The position numbers were made by a program, and so were the translations under genes. Below, piece after piece: positions 37,163-48,132 of a DNA stretch of 64,000 nucleotides. The first letter of the stretch is position 1, and each line of letters starts with the position of its first letter. Below the pieces are notes generated by a model that made no database searches, was not told where the DNA came from, and worked only from the letters and a program-made list of their open reading frames with translations. The DNA is taken from positions 174,532,001 through 174,596,000 of the forward strand of contig NC_086097.1 of the NCBI RefSeq assembly GCF_963921235.1. The letters run 5' to 3'. The DNA comes from Mobula hypostoma (lineage: Eukaryota).

Positions 37163-39250
37163 AATATGGTACTACCGAACCCGTGCGACAGGTTACTGGT
37201 AGTTCGAAAGCAAAGGAGTTTAATTTGGTAAACTATCACCACAATCAATGAAGAGGCTAGCGAAGGCAAAGTAATTTCATGAGATGTGCCCTGCTAGTGT
37301 ACTGCAAAATCGACACATTTGGAGTTGGAGCTGTGCCGGTTGGAGTGGATAATTCGGAGGGGAGAAGACAGGACTGAAGAGTTCTGATGCCCATCCAGCT
37401 GGCCCAGGGGCAGGGTTGGATCGCTCTGAGTGCCAAGCCAATGTGGAGAGGTCGAGAACAGCTTCTTTGGCAGCAAAGTCCAAGTTCAAAGCTAATCGTT
37501 GAGCGGCGTCTTCTAGGCCCAGAGCTATTTGCCGCATCAAGGCCTGGGTCCTAATTCAAAGTACAATCCGCTGTTTGGACAAGCTAAACTGGAAGGGCAG
37601 GGTGTCGAGAGTTGGGCGAGCTTGGATTGCTCTGGGTGCCGAGCCAATTTGGAGAGGTTGAGAACGGCTTCTTTGGCACAAAATGCAGGCCCAAAGTGAT
37701 TCGCTGCAGTGGGACCCAGGTCCTAGTGATCTGCTTTTCAGACAATTTAAATGTTGGCCAGATAGTCTGGGGCCTCCTGTGTCCGTAACACTAAGGTTAT
37801 GAGACTGCCCCTGGCTGCTGTGCTCTGTGTCTGCAAACTTTATGGTGATTTGCCCTGTTAATATGATGAACTGAATACCGAGGCTTTGAGCTTTCTTTGG
37901 GCTGCTCCAGGGATTTGGATCGGAGATCCCAATTTCGTTTGGACTGCTGTTGTTGTTGTTCGCATAATTTGTTTTTTTTTTCCTCTTTCTTTGTGTGCAT
38001 TGGGGTTGGTCTGTTTTTAAAAATTGAGTTCTTTTGGGTTCCCTGCATTGCGACTGCCTGCAAACTAAACAAATTTCAACTCCCCCATTTCACGTACATC
38101 TGCTCTCACTCCATCCTCCCGCCACCCCACTAGGAATAGGGTTCCCCTGGTCCTCACCTACCACCCCACCAGCCTCCGGGTCCAACATATTATTCTCCGT
38201 AACTTCCGCCACCTCCAACGGGATCCCACCACTAAGCACATCTCTCCCCCCCCCCCCGCATTCCGCAGGGATCGCTCCCTACGCAACTCCCTCGTCCACT
38301 CGTCCCCCCCATCCCTCCCCACTGATCTCCCTCCTGGCACTTATCCGTGTAAGCGGAACAAGTGCTACACATGCCCTTACACTTCCTCCCTTACCACCAT
38401 TCAGGGCCCCAAACAGTCCTTCCAGGTGAGGCAACACTTCACCTGTGAGTCAGCTGGGGTGATATACTGCGTCCGGTGCTCCCGATGTGGCCGTTTATAT
38501 ATTGGCGAGATCCGATGCAGACTGGGAGACCGCTTTGCTGAACACCTACGCTCTGTCCGCCAGAGAAAGCAGGATCTCCCAGTGGCCACACATTTTAATT
38601 CCACATCCCATTCCCATTCTGACATGTCTATCCACGGCCTCCTCTACTGTAAAGATGAAGTCACACTCAGGTTGGAGGAACAACACCTTATATTCTGTCT
38701 GGGTAGCCTCCAACCTGATGGCATGAACATCGACTTCTCTAACTTCCGCTAATGCCCCACCTCCCCCTCGTACCCCATCTGTTACTTATTTTTATACACA
38801 CATTCTTTCTCTCACTCTCCTTTTTCTCCCTCTGTCCCTCTGAATATACCCCTTGCCCATCCTCTGGGTTCCCCCCCCCTTGTCTTTCTTCCCGGACCTC
38901 CTGTCCCATGATCCTCTCATATCCCTTTTGCCTATCACCTGTCCAGCTCTTGGCTCCATCCCTCCCCCTCCTGTCTTCTCCTATCATTTTGGATCTCCCC
39001 CTCCCCCTCTAACTTTCAAATCCCTTACTCACTCTTCCTTCAGTTAGTCCTGACGAAGGGTCTCGGCCTGAAACGTTGACTGCACCTCTTCCTGGAGATG
39101 CTGCCTGGCCTGCTGCGTTCACCAGCAACTTTGATGTGTGTTGCTTGAATTTCCAGCATCTGCAGAATTCCTGTTGTTTGCGTTTTTAAATTTCAAGGTT
39201 GTATAATTTATAATTTCTTTGATAGTAAATGTACTTCAAATGAAGATTGA
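37163..39250 (+). mobile_element. Non-coding retroposon (same family as 14527-17945) split by a Penelope insertion
   Basis: 5' aatatggtactacc; internal duplicated block ccaat(g/t)tggagaggt(c/t)gagaac(a/g)gcttctttggca; tail tttgatagtaaatgtacttcaaa after 39197. Confidence 0.65.
38080..39187 (+). mobile_element. 5'-truncated Neptune-type Penelope element with GIY-YIG (ORF stop 38752) and pLTR; hammerhead motif 39046-39081
   Basis: GVIYCVRCSRCGRLYIGE...LGDRFAEH; highly similar to 8404-9648 in opposite orientation; TSD aaatttcaa at 38071-38079 and 39188-39196. Confidence 0.92.
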
Positions 39251-39789
39251 AAGTAATTATGAATAACCATCTGGACCAGGCTAACATGTGCAATATCTGT
39301 GATGGATTTTTTCATTGTAATAATGCTTCTTTTGTTGGCTTAAATTTATATGTTAGATATGCTCCTGATATATAACTGATAACTGGAAAGATGCATTCAT
39401 CCAAAATTGGCAATTCTAGTACTCCCCATTCTAACATTTCAGTATAACACATTTGATGTTGAATTTTTTTAAGCTTTCTTACATATAGAAAATGTTTTAA
39501 ATCTTGCAACTGAGCTTGATTGCAGTCTTGGTTATTGTAAGTTTAAATGATTGAAAAGTCATTGGCTAGAAAAGCAACAATTTTATGCACTGTGCAGAAA
39601 AGTTTGCATTTTCCTAAACTTGTTCCAGATAAACACTTGTATTTGGAGTCTGTTAGATTGTGCACTGAGTTGTGAAGTGACAAGCAAAACATGTTTTGAA
39701 GCCTCTCACACAAAATTCATTAGTGCAGACAAGATGTATGAATGGTACAGATTGTTTATATAGAAATGGACTGTAATTCAGACAGTTAA

Positions 39790-41755
39790 TATTGAATACG
39801 GAACACAGAGCAGTATGGAACAGCCACGAGGTCTGTGCTTACCATGATACTAGTTTAAGTTGCACATGGTTTATATTCTACCATTCCCTGCCCGCTTACG
39901 TTCCAGTCTATATGCCTCTTAAAACTTGTATCAGATCTGCTACCACCACCTCCTCAATTTCTGGCATCTACCACTGTCAACGTGTAAAGAATTTGCCTCA
40001 AATCTGCTTTAAACTTCCTCCTTTCTCAGCTTAAAGTTTGACAATTCTATACGGAGAAAATGACTCTGAGTGTCTAATATATACTGCATTACTAACAAGG
40101 TAACAGCCACTGTAGTTGGTCCCTGGACGTGCTGTCCGAGACATCAGTCTTTAGTCAGCAAGGTTCTCCTTTGCCTTCTTTGAGCATAGCATGTTAAGGT
40201 ACCCTCCTCATCTTTTGTTTAACATGCTTCTTCGGTCCAGGTGCCATGAAATTTTTTAATTCAGGTTTTCATAGCTTTTCTCTGTCTCTGGACTAAGTGA
40301 TTTCTCATCCCAAGAGATTTCACCTCTATCACTATTTATTATGCTCACATTTCCCATTGCTTTCAATCAACCTGCCCTCTCCATGTGAAATCCCCTTACC
40401 ATATTCACGTATTGGCTCCTGGTGTTGCCAGTTCTTGCAACCTTCAGACCAACTCATCTATGCCAACTAAGATGCTTAGCTGAGCTAGTCCTATTTGCCT
40501 GCATTTGGCCTATATCCCTCTAAACCTTTCCTATTTACTTACCTGTCCAAATGACTTTCCAACATTATAACTATACCTGCCTCTACCACTTCCTTTAGGA
40601 GTTGGTTTTACATACCCCTTGTCCTCTGTGTGGAAAAACTTCCCCACCAGATCACCTTTAAATCTTTTATTATTGTCACATTAGCAAGATGCAGTCAGCT
40701 TGTCTTGTATGTTGTTCATGCAGCTAAAATCGTTAGTGCATAGAGCTAGAATAACATAAAACAGAAAAAGAATGCAGAATAAAGGATAATTTAGATCTGA
40801 AAGAGCAGAACGATTATAATAGAAGTCATGAGTGTTTCGATCTAGCACCAGCTTGTCCCCCTTCACTTTAAACCTATGCCCCCTCTCCTGGGAAACTGAT
40901 GTGACCATCCATGTTATCTATTTTATAGACACCTGTAAGTTCATCCCTCAGCCTTCTATGTTCTAAGGAAAACAGACCCAATCTCGGCTCACCATGTAGC
41001 TCAATCCTGGTAACATACTTGTGAATCTTTTCTGCATCCTTTCCAATTCAATGACACCTTTCCTTCTGCTAGGCAATCAGAAATGTGCACAATATGCAAT
41101 CTCACCAATGTCTTGTACAGCTATAACCTGACATCCCATGCTCAGTGGCCTGACTGACGAAGGCAAGCATGCCAAATGGCCCTTCATCATGCTGTCTACC
41201 TGTGTCACCATGTACTTACACCCTCAGGTTTCTCTTTTCTATAACCCAGGGTCCTGCCATTTACTGTATAGGTCCTGTCATAGTTTAACTGAGTAAAATG
41301 AAACACCTCATACTCTTCAGAGTTCACTGTCACTATACAACCAATTTTGATGTCATCCACAACTTACCATACCACTTACCATCCACATCCTTATTGTAGA
41401 TGACAAACGACGGAGGATCCAACACTGATGCCTGTAGCACACCACTGGTCACAGGCCTCCAATCTCAAGACAATTGTCGATTGACTTCTTCCACCAAGCC
41501 AATTTTGTACTCACTTGGAAAGATCACTCTGGATCGCATGTGATCTAACCTTCTGGGCCAGCTGACCATGTGAGACCTTATCAAAAGCCTTGCTAAAGTT
41601 CACATCGATAATATCTATTATGCTGCCTTCATCAATCCTCTTCACCTCTTTAAAAAAGTCTGAGACAAATTTGTGAAATTTGCTTACCCATTCACAAAGT
41701 TACGTTGACTATCCCTATTCAGTTCTTGTCTTTTCAAATGAACATAGAACCTTGC
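39790..41755 (-). mobile_element. Old CR1 fragments (~39790-40080 and ~40430-41755)
   Basis: Minus-strand RGHRFKVKG and CR1 RT-like nucleotide motifs; heavily decayed. Confidence 0.6.
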
Positions 41756-41756
41756 T

Positions 41757-42640
41757 TTGAGAATCAGAATGACGTTTATTATCATTGACCTCTGTTGTGA
41801 AATTTTTTGTATTGTAGCCAAACTCCGTATAAAGTATAACCAACACACATCAAAGTTGCTGGTGAACGCAGCAGGCCAGGCAGCATCTCTAGGAAGAGGA
41901 ACAGTCGACGTTTCAGGCCGAGACCCTTCCACTGTCTTGCCTTCTTTATGACTACATCAATGTTTGGGGACCAGGTTAGATCCTTAGAGATCTTGACACC
42001 CAGGAACTTGAAGCTGCTCACTCTCTCCACTTCTGATCCCTCTATGAGGATTGGTATGTGTTCCTTCATCTTACCCTTCCTGAAGTTCACAATCAGCTCT
42101 TTTGTCTTACTGACATTGAGTGCCAGGTTGTTGCTGCGGCACCATTCCACTAGTTGGCATATCTCACTCCTGTATGCCCTCTCGTCACCACCTGAGATTC
42201 TACCAACAATGGTTGTATCATCAGCAAATTTGTAGATGGTATTTGAGCTATGCCTAGCCACACAGTCATGTGTATACAGAGAGGCTAAGCACACACCCCA
42301 AGCACATTTTTAAAAATCTATTCAATACACGCAATTGATTTACTTGTTTATTATGTTTTATTTTATTTATTATTTTTTTCTCTCTCTCTCTGCTAGATTA
42401 TGTACTGCATTGAACTGCTGCTGCTAAGTTAACAAATTTCACGTCACATGCCAGTGATAATATACCTGATTCTGATATATTGATTTGTCACCACCTTTAA
42501 TCCAGCCAACAACAGTGCTGTCATCAGCAGACTTGAATATGGCATTTTAGCTGTACTTGGCCTCACAGTCATAAATATAAAACGAGTAGAGCAGGGATGT
42601 AAGCACACAGCCTTGTGCTGCACCTGTGCTGATGGTGATT
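41757..42640. mobile_element. Jumbled Rex1-type LINE pieces with a Penelope pLTR fragment (41841-41929, -)
   Basis: SLYTHDCVARHSSNTIYKFADDTTIVGRI...FKFLGV at 41930-42294 (-); LINE tails at ~41757 (-) and ~42470 (+); pLTR truncated within the hammerhead core. Confidence 0.75.
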
Positions 42641-42959
42641 GTTAGTGTTGAACAGGTTAGAACTTGTCTGGGAATTTTTCTGTTTAGTAAAGCACTTTAT
42701 TAGTTTAACTTTCCGTTACTGATACTGATAAATGGCACCTGAAGTACTGATTAATCAAACTGTGGAGTTTTGACTTCATGCCTGAAAATTAAGGTAAATT
42801 GTGGGCAAGGGCTAAGATGCAGTGAGTTGTGTGATTCAAGTGAACTTTTACATGATGGAATAAAATATAGTCATTTGAAACTTCTGATTTTCATATAAGT
42901 TTTCTGGAGGGGTAAACTTTGCACTCACTTTATATTGAGCTGCCTATAATAGGTAAACC

Positions 42960-43425
42960 AGAACAGATGGAAGTAATTATACTACCTCAAAAGAGACCTT
43001 AGAGAATGCACTAGATACTTTAGAAGCACATTTCAACCCACCTAGAAACGAAACATCTGAACATTACCAATTGTTTTCTCAGTCAGGAGGAGCAAAAATC
43101 CTTTGACATTTTCTTAATGGAGCTAAGGCAATTAACAGGTAATTTCAGTTTCACAGGACTCCCTTGTCAGAGATTGGATTGTTCATGGAATCTGGCAGTC
43201 TAGTCTGGGGGACTGACCTCAGTGTTGACAAAGTTAACTCTGGAAAAGTGCTTAGTAATTTGCACAGCTGCAGAGCTATCCAAAGCCAGACTAGAACCAA
43301 TGGACAGTCAACGAAGGTAGTAGATGCTATAAAGTACAATGTAAAAGGAAGAACAAATAAAGCACATCCAAGGCTACATAGGAGGTTCAAGTATTGTGGA
43401 TGGCAACACCAGCAAGGTAAAAAGA
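42960..43425 (+). mobile_element. Decayed Gypsy gag-like fragment
   Basis: LEAHFNPPRNETSEHYQLFS followed by QEEQKSFDIFLMELRQL-like sequence and a KYCGWQH knuckle remnant. Confidence 0.45.
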
Positions 43426-43469
43426 AATGTTTTGTGTGTATGTGCATTAAAGATTGTGAAGCCATTTCT

Positions 43470-43718
43470 TGGTGGTCACGGTTGCGTAGGAGTTACTGTT
43501 GGAGTTCGGAGTTCAATTCCAACATCATCTGTATGGAGTTTCTAGGTCCTCCCCTCAAATATGTGCGTTTCCTCCAGGTATACTGGTTTAATCCCACTGT
43601 TCAAAGATGTACCTGTTAGTAGGTTAATTGGTCATTGTAATTTATCCAGTGATTAAGCTAGAGTTAAATCAGTGGGTGATTCTAGTCAGAAGGGCCTATT
43701 CTGAAGGATATCTCTAAA
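43470..43718 (+). mobile_element. V-SINE remnant
   Basis: B-box-like ggagttcaattcc, then ctgtatggagttt...gtttcctccagg...cccactgttcaaagatgtacc...aggttaattggtcattgtaa. Confidence 0.6.
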
Positions 43719-43720
43719 TA

Positions 43721-45222
43721 CAGGTTTCCCCCGCCATCCGAAGGTAGAGCGTTCCTATGAAATGGTTCGTAAGCCGAAATGCCATAAAGTGAAGAAGCCA
43801 TTACCATTTATTTATATGGGAAAATTTTGTGAGCATTTGCAGACCCAAAAATAACCTACCAAATCATGCCAAACAATACATAAAACCTAAAATAACGGTA
43901 ACATATAGTAAAAGCAGGAATGATATGATAAATACACAGCCTACATAAAGTAGAAATACTTTTCCACAATCATTATTGCATTGCTGTCCATAGCAAAAAT
44001 CGCACGCAAGCGCCGTCGGCAGAAACACGCGCAAGCGCTCTCCAGTAACCTTTAAGCTACGAAGCTGCCAAATCATGCCAAATAACACGTAAAAATACAC
44101 AGCCGATATAAAGTAGAAATAATATATGTACAGTGTAGTATCACTTACGGGAATCGGGAAGACAGCGCCGAGCACACGATGGTGTGTTAGGCTGAGTCGG
44201 AGTTTGGGTGGTGCAGTGGCCTTAACCCTCCGGGCCGCTGAGCAATACATTGCTGCGAAGAACGCAGGGGTCCAGCGGTAGCCAGGAGGTACACAGCACA
44301 TCTTTAGGAAAAAGCCAAAACAAACATGCTAATTAATTAGGTGCCGCCTGTAATTGTCAGCCCAGATCAGTGCCGATTTCCGATTGCGTTGCCTTTGATC
44401 TGGGCCGACAATTACGTGTCGGCAGCACCTAGTTAATTAGCATTTTTATTTAGGCTTTTTTCTTAAAGATGTGCTGTGTGCCTCCCGGCTAGCTTTGCAT
44501 CGTCTGCGAATTGGTATCTGTCCGTGGCCTGGGTGTTGGGGTGTCATCTGGTCACCTGTTTCCATTAGAGCAGGCAGCTCATCTTCTTCTATCTCTGCCT
44601 GCCTCGATGTCGAAGGTCGAGGTTCGTCGTCTGCTGTGGAAGGCTTGCTTGACTGCTGAACCTCGCGCATTTTTCTATCACACAGTTCTTTAATAAGGAC
44701 TCAAACCATCCTGCAAATATCCCCTAAACCAATGTACCCTTTCAAAATTAAAGTCGTACTTTATCATTACTCATTCGGTTTCGATTGTTATCCTTTTTTC
44801 TTCCAATTGCATCAGCTCTTCATCTGTCAGTTCTTGGTGATGGGATGCCAAAACCTCTTCAACATCATGTTTGTCAGCTTCCACAAGCCAAATTCACATT
44901 GTCCTTACTTCATTCACCATAATCAAAACGCTTAATTATGTCTAGTTTTACCGTAAGTGAACACCCTTACAAGCTCTTTCAGGCTTTTCCGATACCATAG
45001 AACTCATCTTGCAAACGGCTGCTCACAGGCACATGTTAAAACAAAGCAGTTCCGAATCCGGGGGAGAGCGGCTGCTTGGGGCGCGCTGCCTTTTATCGCG
45101 CGCTGAATTTTTTTTTCGTAACAATGAAAACACCTTCTGAAAGCGAAAACAGGGTTCTAATGTAGGTCTTTCGTAACAGTGAGGTTTCGTAAAGCGAACG
45201 TTCGAAAAGCGGGGGCCACCTG
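43721..45222 (-). mobile_element. Non-autonomous Tigger-like element, complete with both TIRs
   Basis: ta|caggtttcccccgc...gcgggggccacctg|ta; inverted copy of 25026-26555. Confidence 0.85.
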
Positions 45223-45601
45223 TAAATAAATTGGAAGCCAATGGAGAGGTCATCACAGAACTTTGTACGATGAGATGAATCATGCAGGGACTGAGTCAAA
45301 TTCACAGAGTTATTGAGCTCAAGTTCAATTCTATGTTGATGCAACAGGAACCAGTGATATCTCAATTTGATTCAAGATAAGGCTAACAATCTTGAGCAGT
45401 GAAGTTAAAATGAACGGGTTTTGATGAAACTCATACATTTTAAATTCGTTCAGCCACACAAATCACAGGTGCAAATACAGAACAAGTTTAGAAGGTTCCT
45501 CAATGAAATTCTGAATTTCAAGTGGTATATTTTATAACTCTAATAACTTAAAAGTAATTGAAAGAAAAACATGGAACTGGGAAATGCTGTGCTTAGTTTT
45601 A

Positions 45602-46120
45602 TACATCAAAGTTGCTGGTGAACGCAGCAGGCCAGGCAGCATCTATAGGAAGAGGTACGGTCGACGTTTCAGGCCGAGACCCTTCGTCAGGACTAACTGA
45701 AGGAAGAGTGAGTAAGGGATTTGAAAGTGGGAGGGGGAGGGGGAGATACAAAATGATAGGAGAAGACAGGAGGGGGAGGGATGGAGCCAAGAGTTGGACA
45801 GGTGATTGGCAAAGGGGATATGAGAGGATCATGGGACAGGAGGCCCAGGGAGAAAGACGGGGGGGTGGAACCCAGAGGATGGGCAAGGGGTATAGTCAGA
45901 GGGACAGAGGGAGAAAAAGGAGAGTGAGAGAAAGAATGTGTGTAAAAAAATAAGTAATGGATGGGGTACGAGGGGGAGGTGGGGCATTAGTGGAAGTTAG
46001 AGAAGTCAGTGTCCTCCATCAGGAAAGTCTCAAAGCTCTCCGCTTCTTTTTGGTTTCCAGACCTAATCAGTTTCCCTCTACCACCACTCTGCTCCGTCTA
46101 GCGGAATTAGTCCTTACTCT
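45602..46120. mobile_element. Penelope piece: inverted pLTR (45602-~46008, -) joined to an RT-region fragment (~46009-46120, +); hammerhead motif 45659-45694 (-)
   Basis: pLTR near identical to 8450-8860; + strand HQESLKALRFFL...STTTLLRLAELVLTL resembles Penelope RT. Confidence 0.8.
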
Positions 46121-46124
46121 TTTG

Positions 46125-47253
46125 GTTTTATGCTTGAGGTCCTTTGGTTTTATGCTTGGGGTCATTGTCTTACTGGGAAACAAATCTCCCAAGTCGCAGT
46201 TCTCTTGCAGACTGCATCAGGTTTTTCTCCAGGATTTCCCTGTATTTTGCTGCATTCATTTTACCCTCTATATTCACAAGCCTTCCAGGGCCTGCTGCAG
46301 TGAAGCATCCCAACAGCATGATACAGCCACCACCATGCTTCACAGTGGAGATGGTGTGTTTTTGATGATATGCAGTGTTTGGCTTGCACCAAACATAGTG
46401 TTTAGTCTGATGGCCAAAAAGTTCAATTTTGGTTTCATGAGACCATAGAACCTTCTTCCAGCTGACTTCAGAGTCTCCCTTTTGCCTTCTGGTAAACTCT
46501 AGCTGAGATTTTATGTGAGTTTTTTTTTCAGCAGTGGCTTTCTCTTTGCCACCATTCCATAAAGCTGTGACTGGTGAAGCTCCCGGGCAATAGTGGTTGT
46601 ATGCACAGTCTCCCCCATCTCAGCCACTGAAGCTTGTAACTTCTCCAGTGTTTTCATAGGTCTCTTCGCTAGCCTCCTCACTAGTCCCCTTCTTGCACAG
46701 TCACTCAGTTTTTGAAGATGGCCTGCTCTGGGCAGATTTAAAGCTGTGCCATATCCTTTCCATTTCTTGATGATTGACTTAACTATATATTCAGTGACTT
46801 GGAAACTTTCTTGTATCCATCTCCTGACTTGTGCTTTTCTTATATTCATCTCCAACTTTTTGGTGGCGTTGCTTGGTGTTCTTTTGTCTTCATGGTGTAG
46901 TTTTTGCCAGGATTCTGACTCACAGCAGTTGAACCTTCCAGATACAGGTATATTTTTACTACATTCAATTGAAGCACTTTGACTGCACACAGGTGACATC
47001 TAAAACCAATTTGCTGCACCAGTGATGATTTGGTGTGTCATATTGAAGGGGTTTATGCAATCAATTATTTTGTGTTTTATATTTGTAAAGAATTTAGATA
47101 ATTTTGTAGCGATCTGTTTTTCATTTTGACACGAAAGGGTCTTTTTCTGTTGATCAGTGCGATAAAAGCCAATTTAAATCCACTGTAATTCAGTGTTGTA
47201 AAACAATAAAACATAAAAACTTAAAAGGGTGTGAATACTTTTTATAGGCACTG
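46125..47253 (-). mobile_element. Truncated Tc1 transposon with partial transposase
   Basis: VKSIIKKWKGYGTALNLPRAG...[34 protein letters not shown] downstream; TIR ...tttataggcactg|ta. Confidence 0.85.
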
Positions 47254-48132
47254 TATGTGTGTGTGTATATATATACACACACACACTGTATATCTTATTC
47301 TTGTGGGATAATGTCTTTCCATGCTTGGCATATGGGACTTGGGCTTGTGGCTGTGAAACAATCTCAGGTTCTGGGCATCCTCCATGGTGGTTATAGGAGT
47401 TCATTCCTGGACTGCAGGAAGTCATTCTGATAGCCCTGGGTACCATTCTTCTAGATGTGTTGGCACCCCAATAGTGCATGGCATGCTGCTCAATTTGCTA
47501 ATCTATCCCAGGCCACCAGACAAAGCTTCGAGTGAATGCTTTACCTTTGACCACACCCAGATGACTGACATGTAGATCCTCCAACACTTTCTCAGCTTGG
47601 ATGGTATATATCTTTCAATTCCCACATAAAGCAACCTGCGTCAAGGGCAAGTTCAGATCAATGCTGGTAAAAATTGGGAAACTGGAATTTATGCTTACAT
47701 TCTAGCTATTTTAAGTGGGCATGTAAACCTGAGACATTGTGGGGTCTTTACTACTTTCCCTTTGGATCATCTCTGCTGTAATACGGAGACCTCCGATGTA
47801 CGTTAGGAAGTATACATCAAGAGGAATGTTCTCTTTTGTAAATTTTTCAGGATTTTCCCTTTCTAAGGGTAAACAGGACAATCCATCAGTATTTTTATGA
47901 TTACTTGTTTCCTTGTAGCATCTGGCCCATAGCTTTCTGCTGAAGTGCAGGTACAGATGCTACTCTTATAGCAATAAAGCTCTTTGTGAGTGTTTTTGAT
48001 GAGAAACACTTTGGATTCTTCATCCATCTCCAGCTGTAAGTAGGCCTCAGCAAAGTCCACTTTGCTGAAGTGTTTCCTCCAGAAAGGTTTGAAAAGATAG
48101 CCTCTATCTTGAACAGAGGGTATTGATCTGGA

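Noticed and set aside
47254..47292. Palindromic (GT)n(AT)n(AC)n stretch next to the Tc1 end
   Set aside because: Simple microsatellite expansion at a TA target site; no evidence of function.
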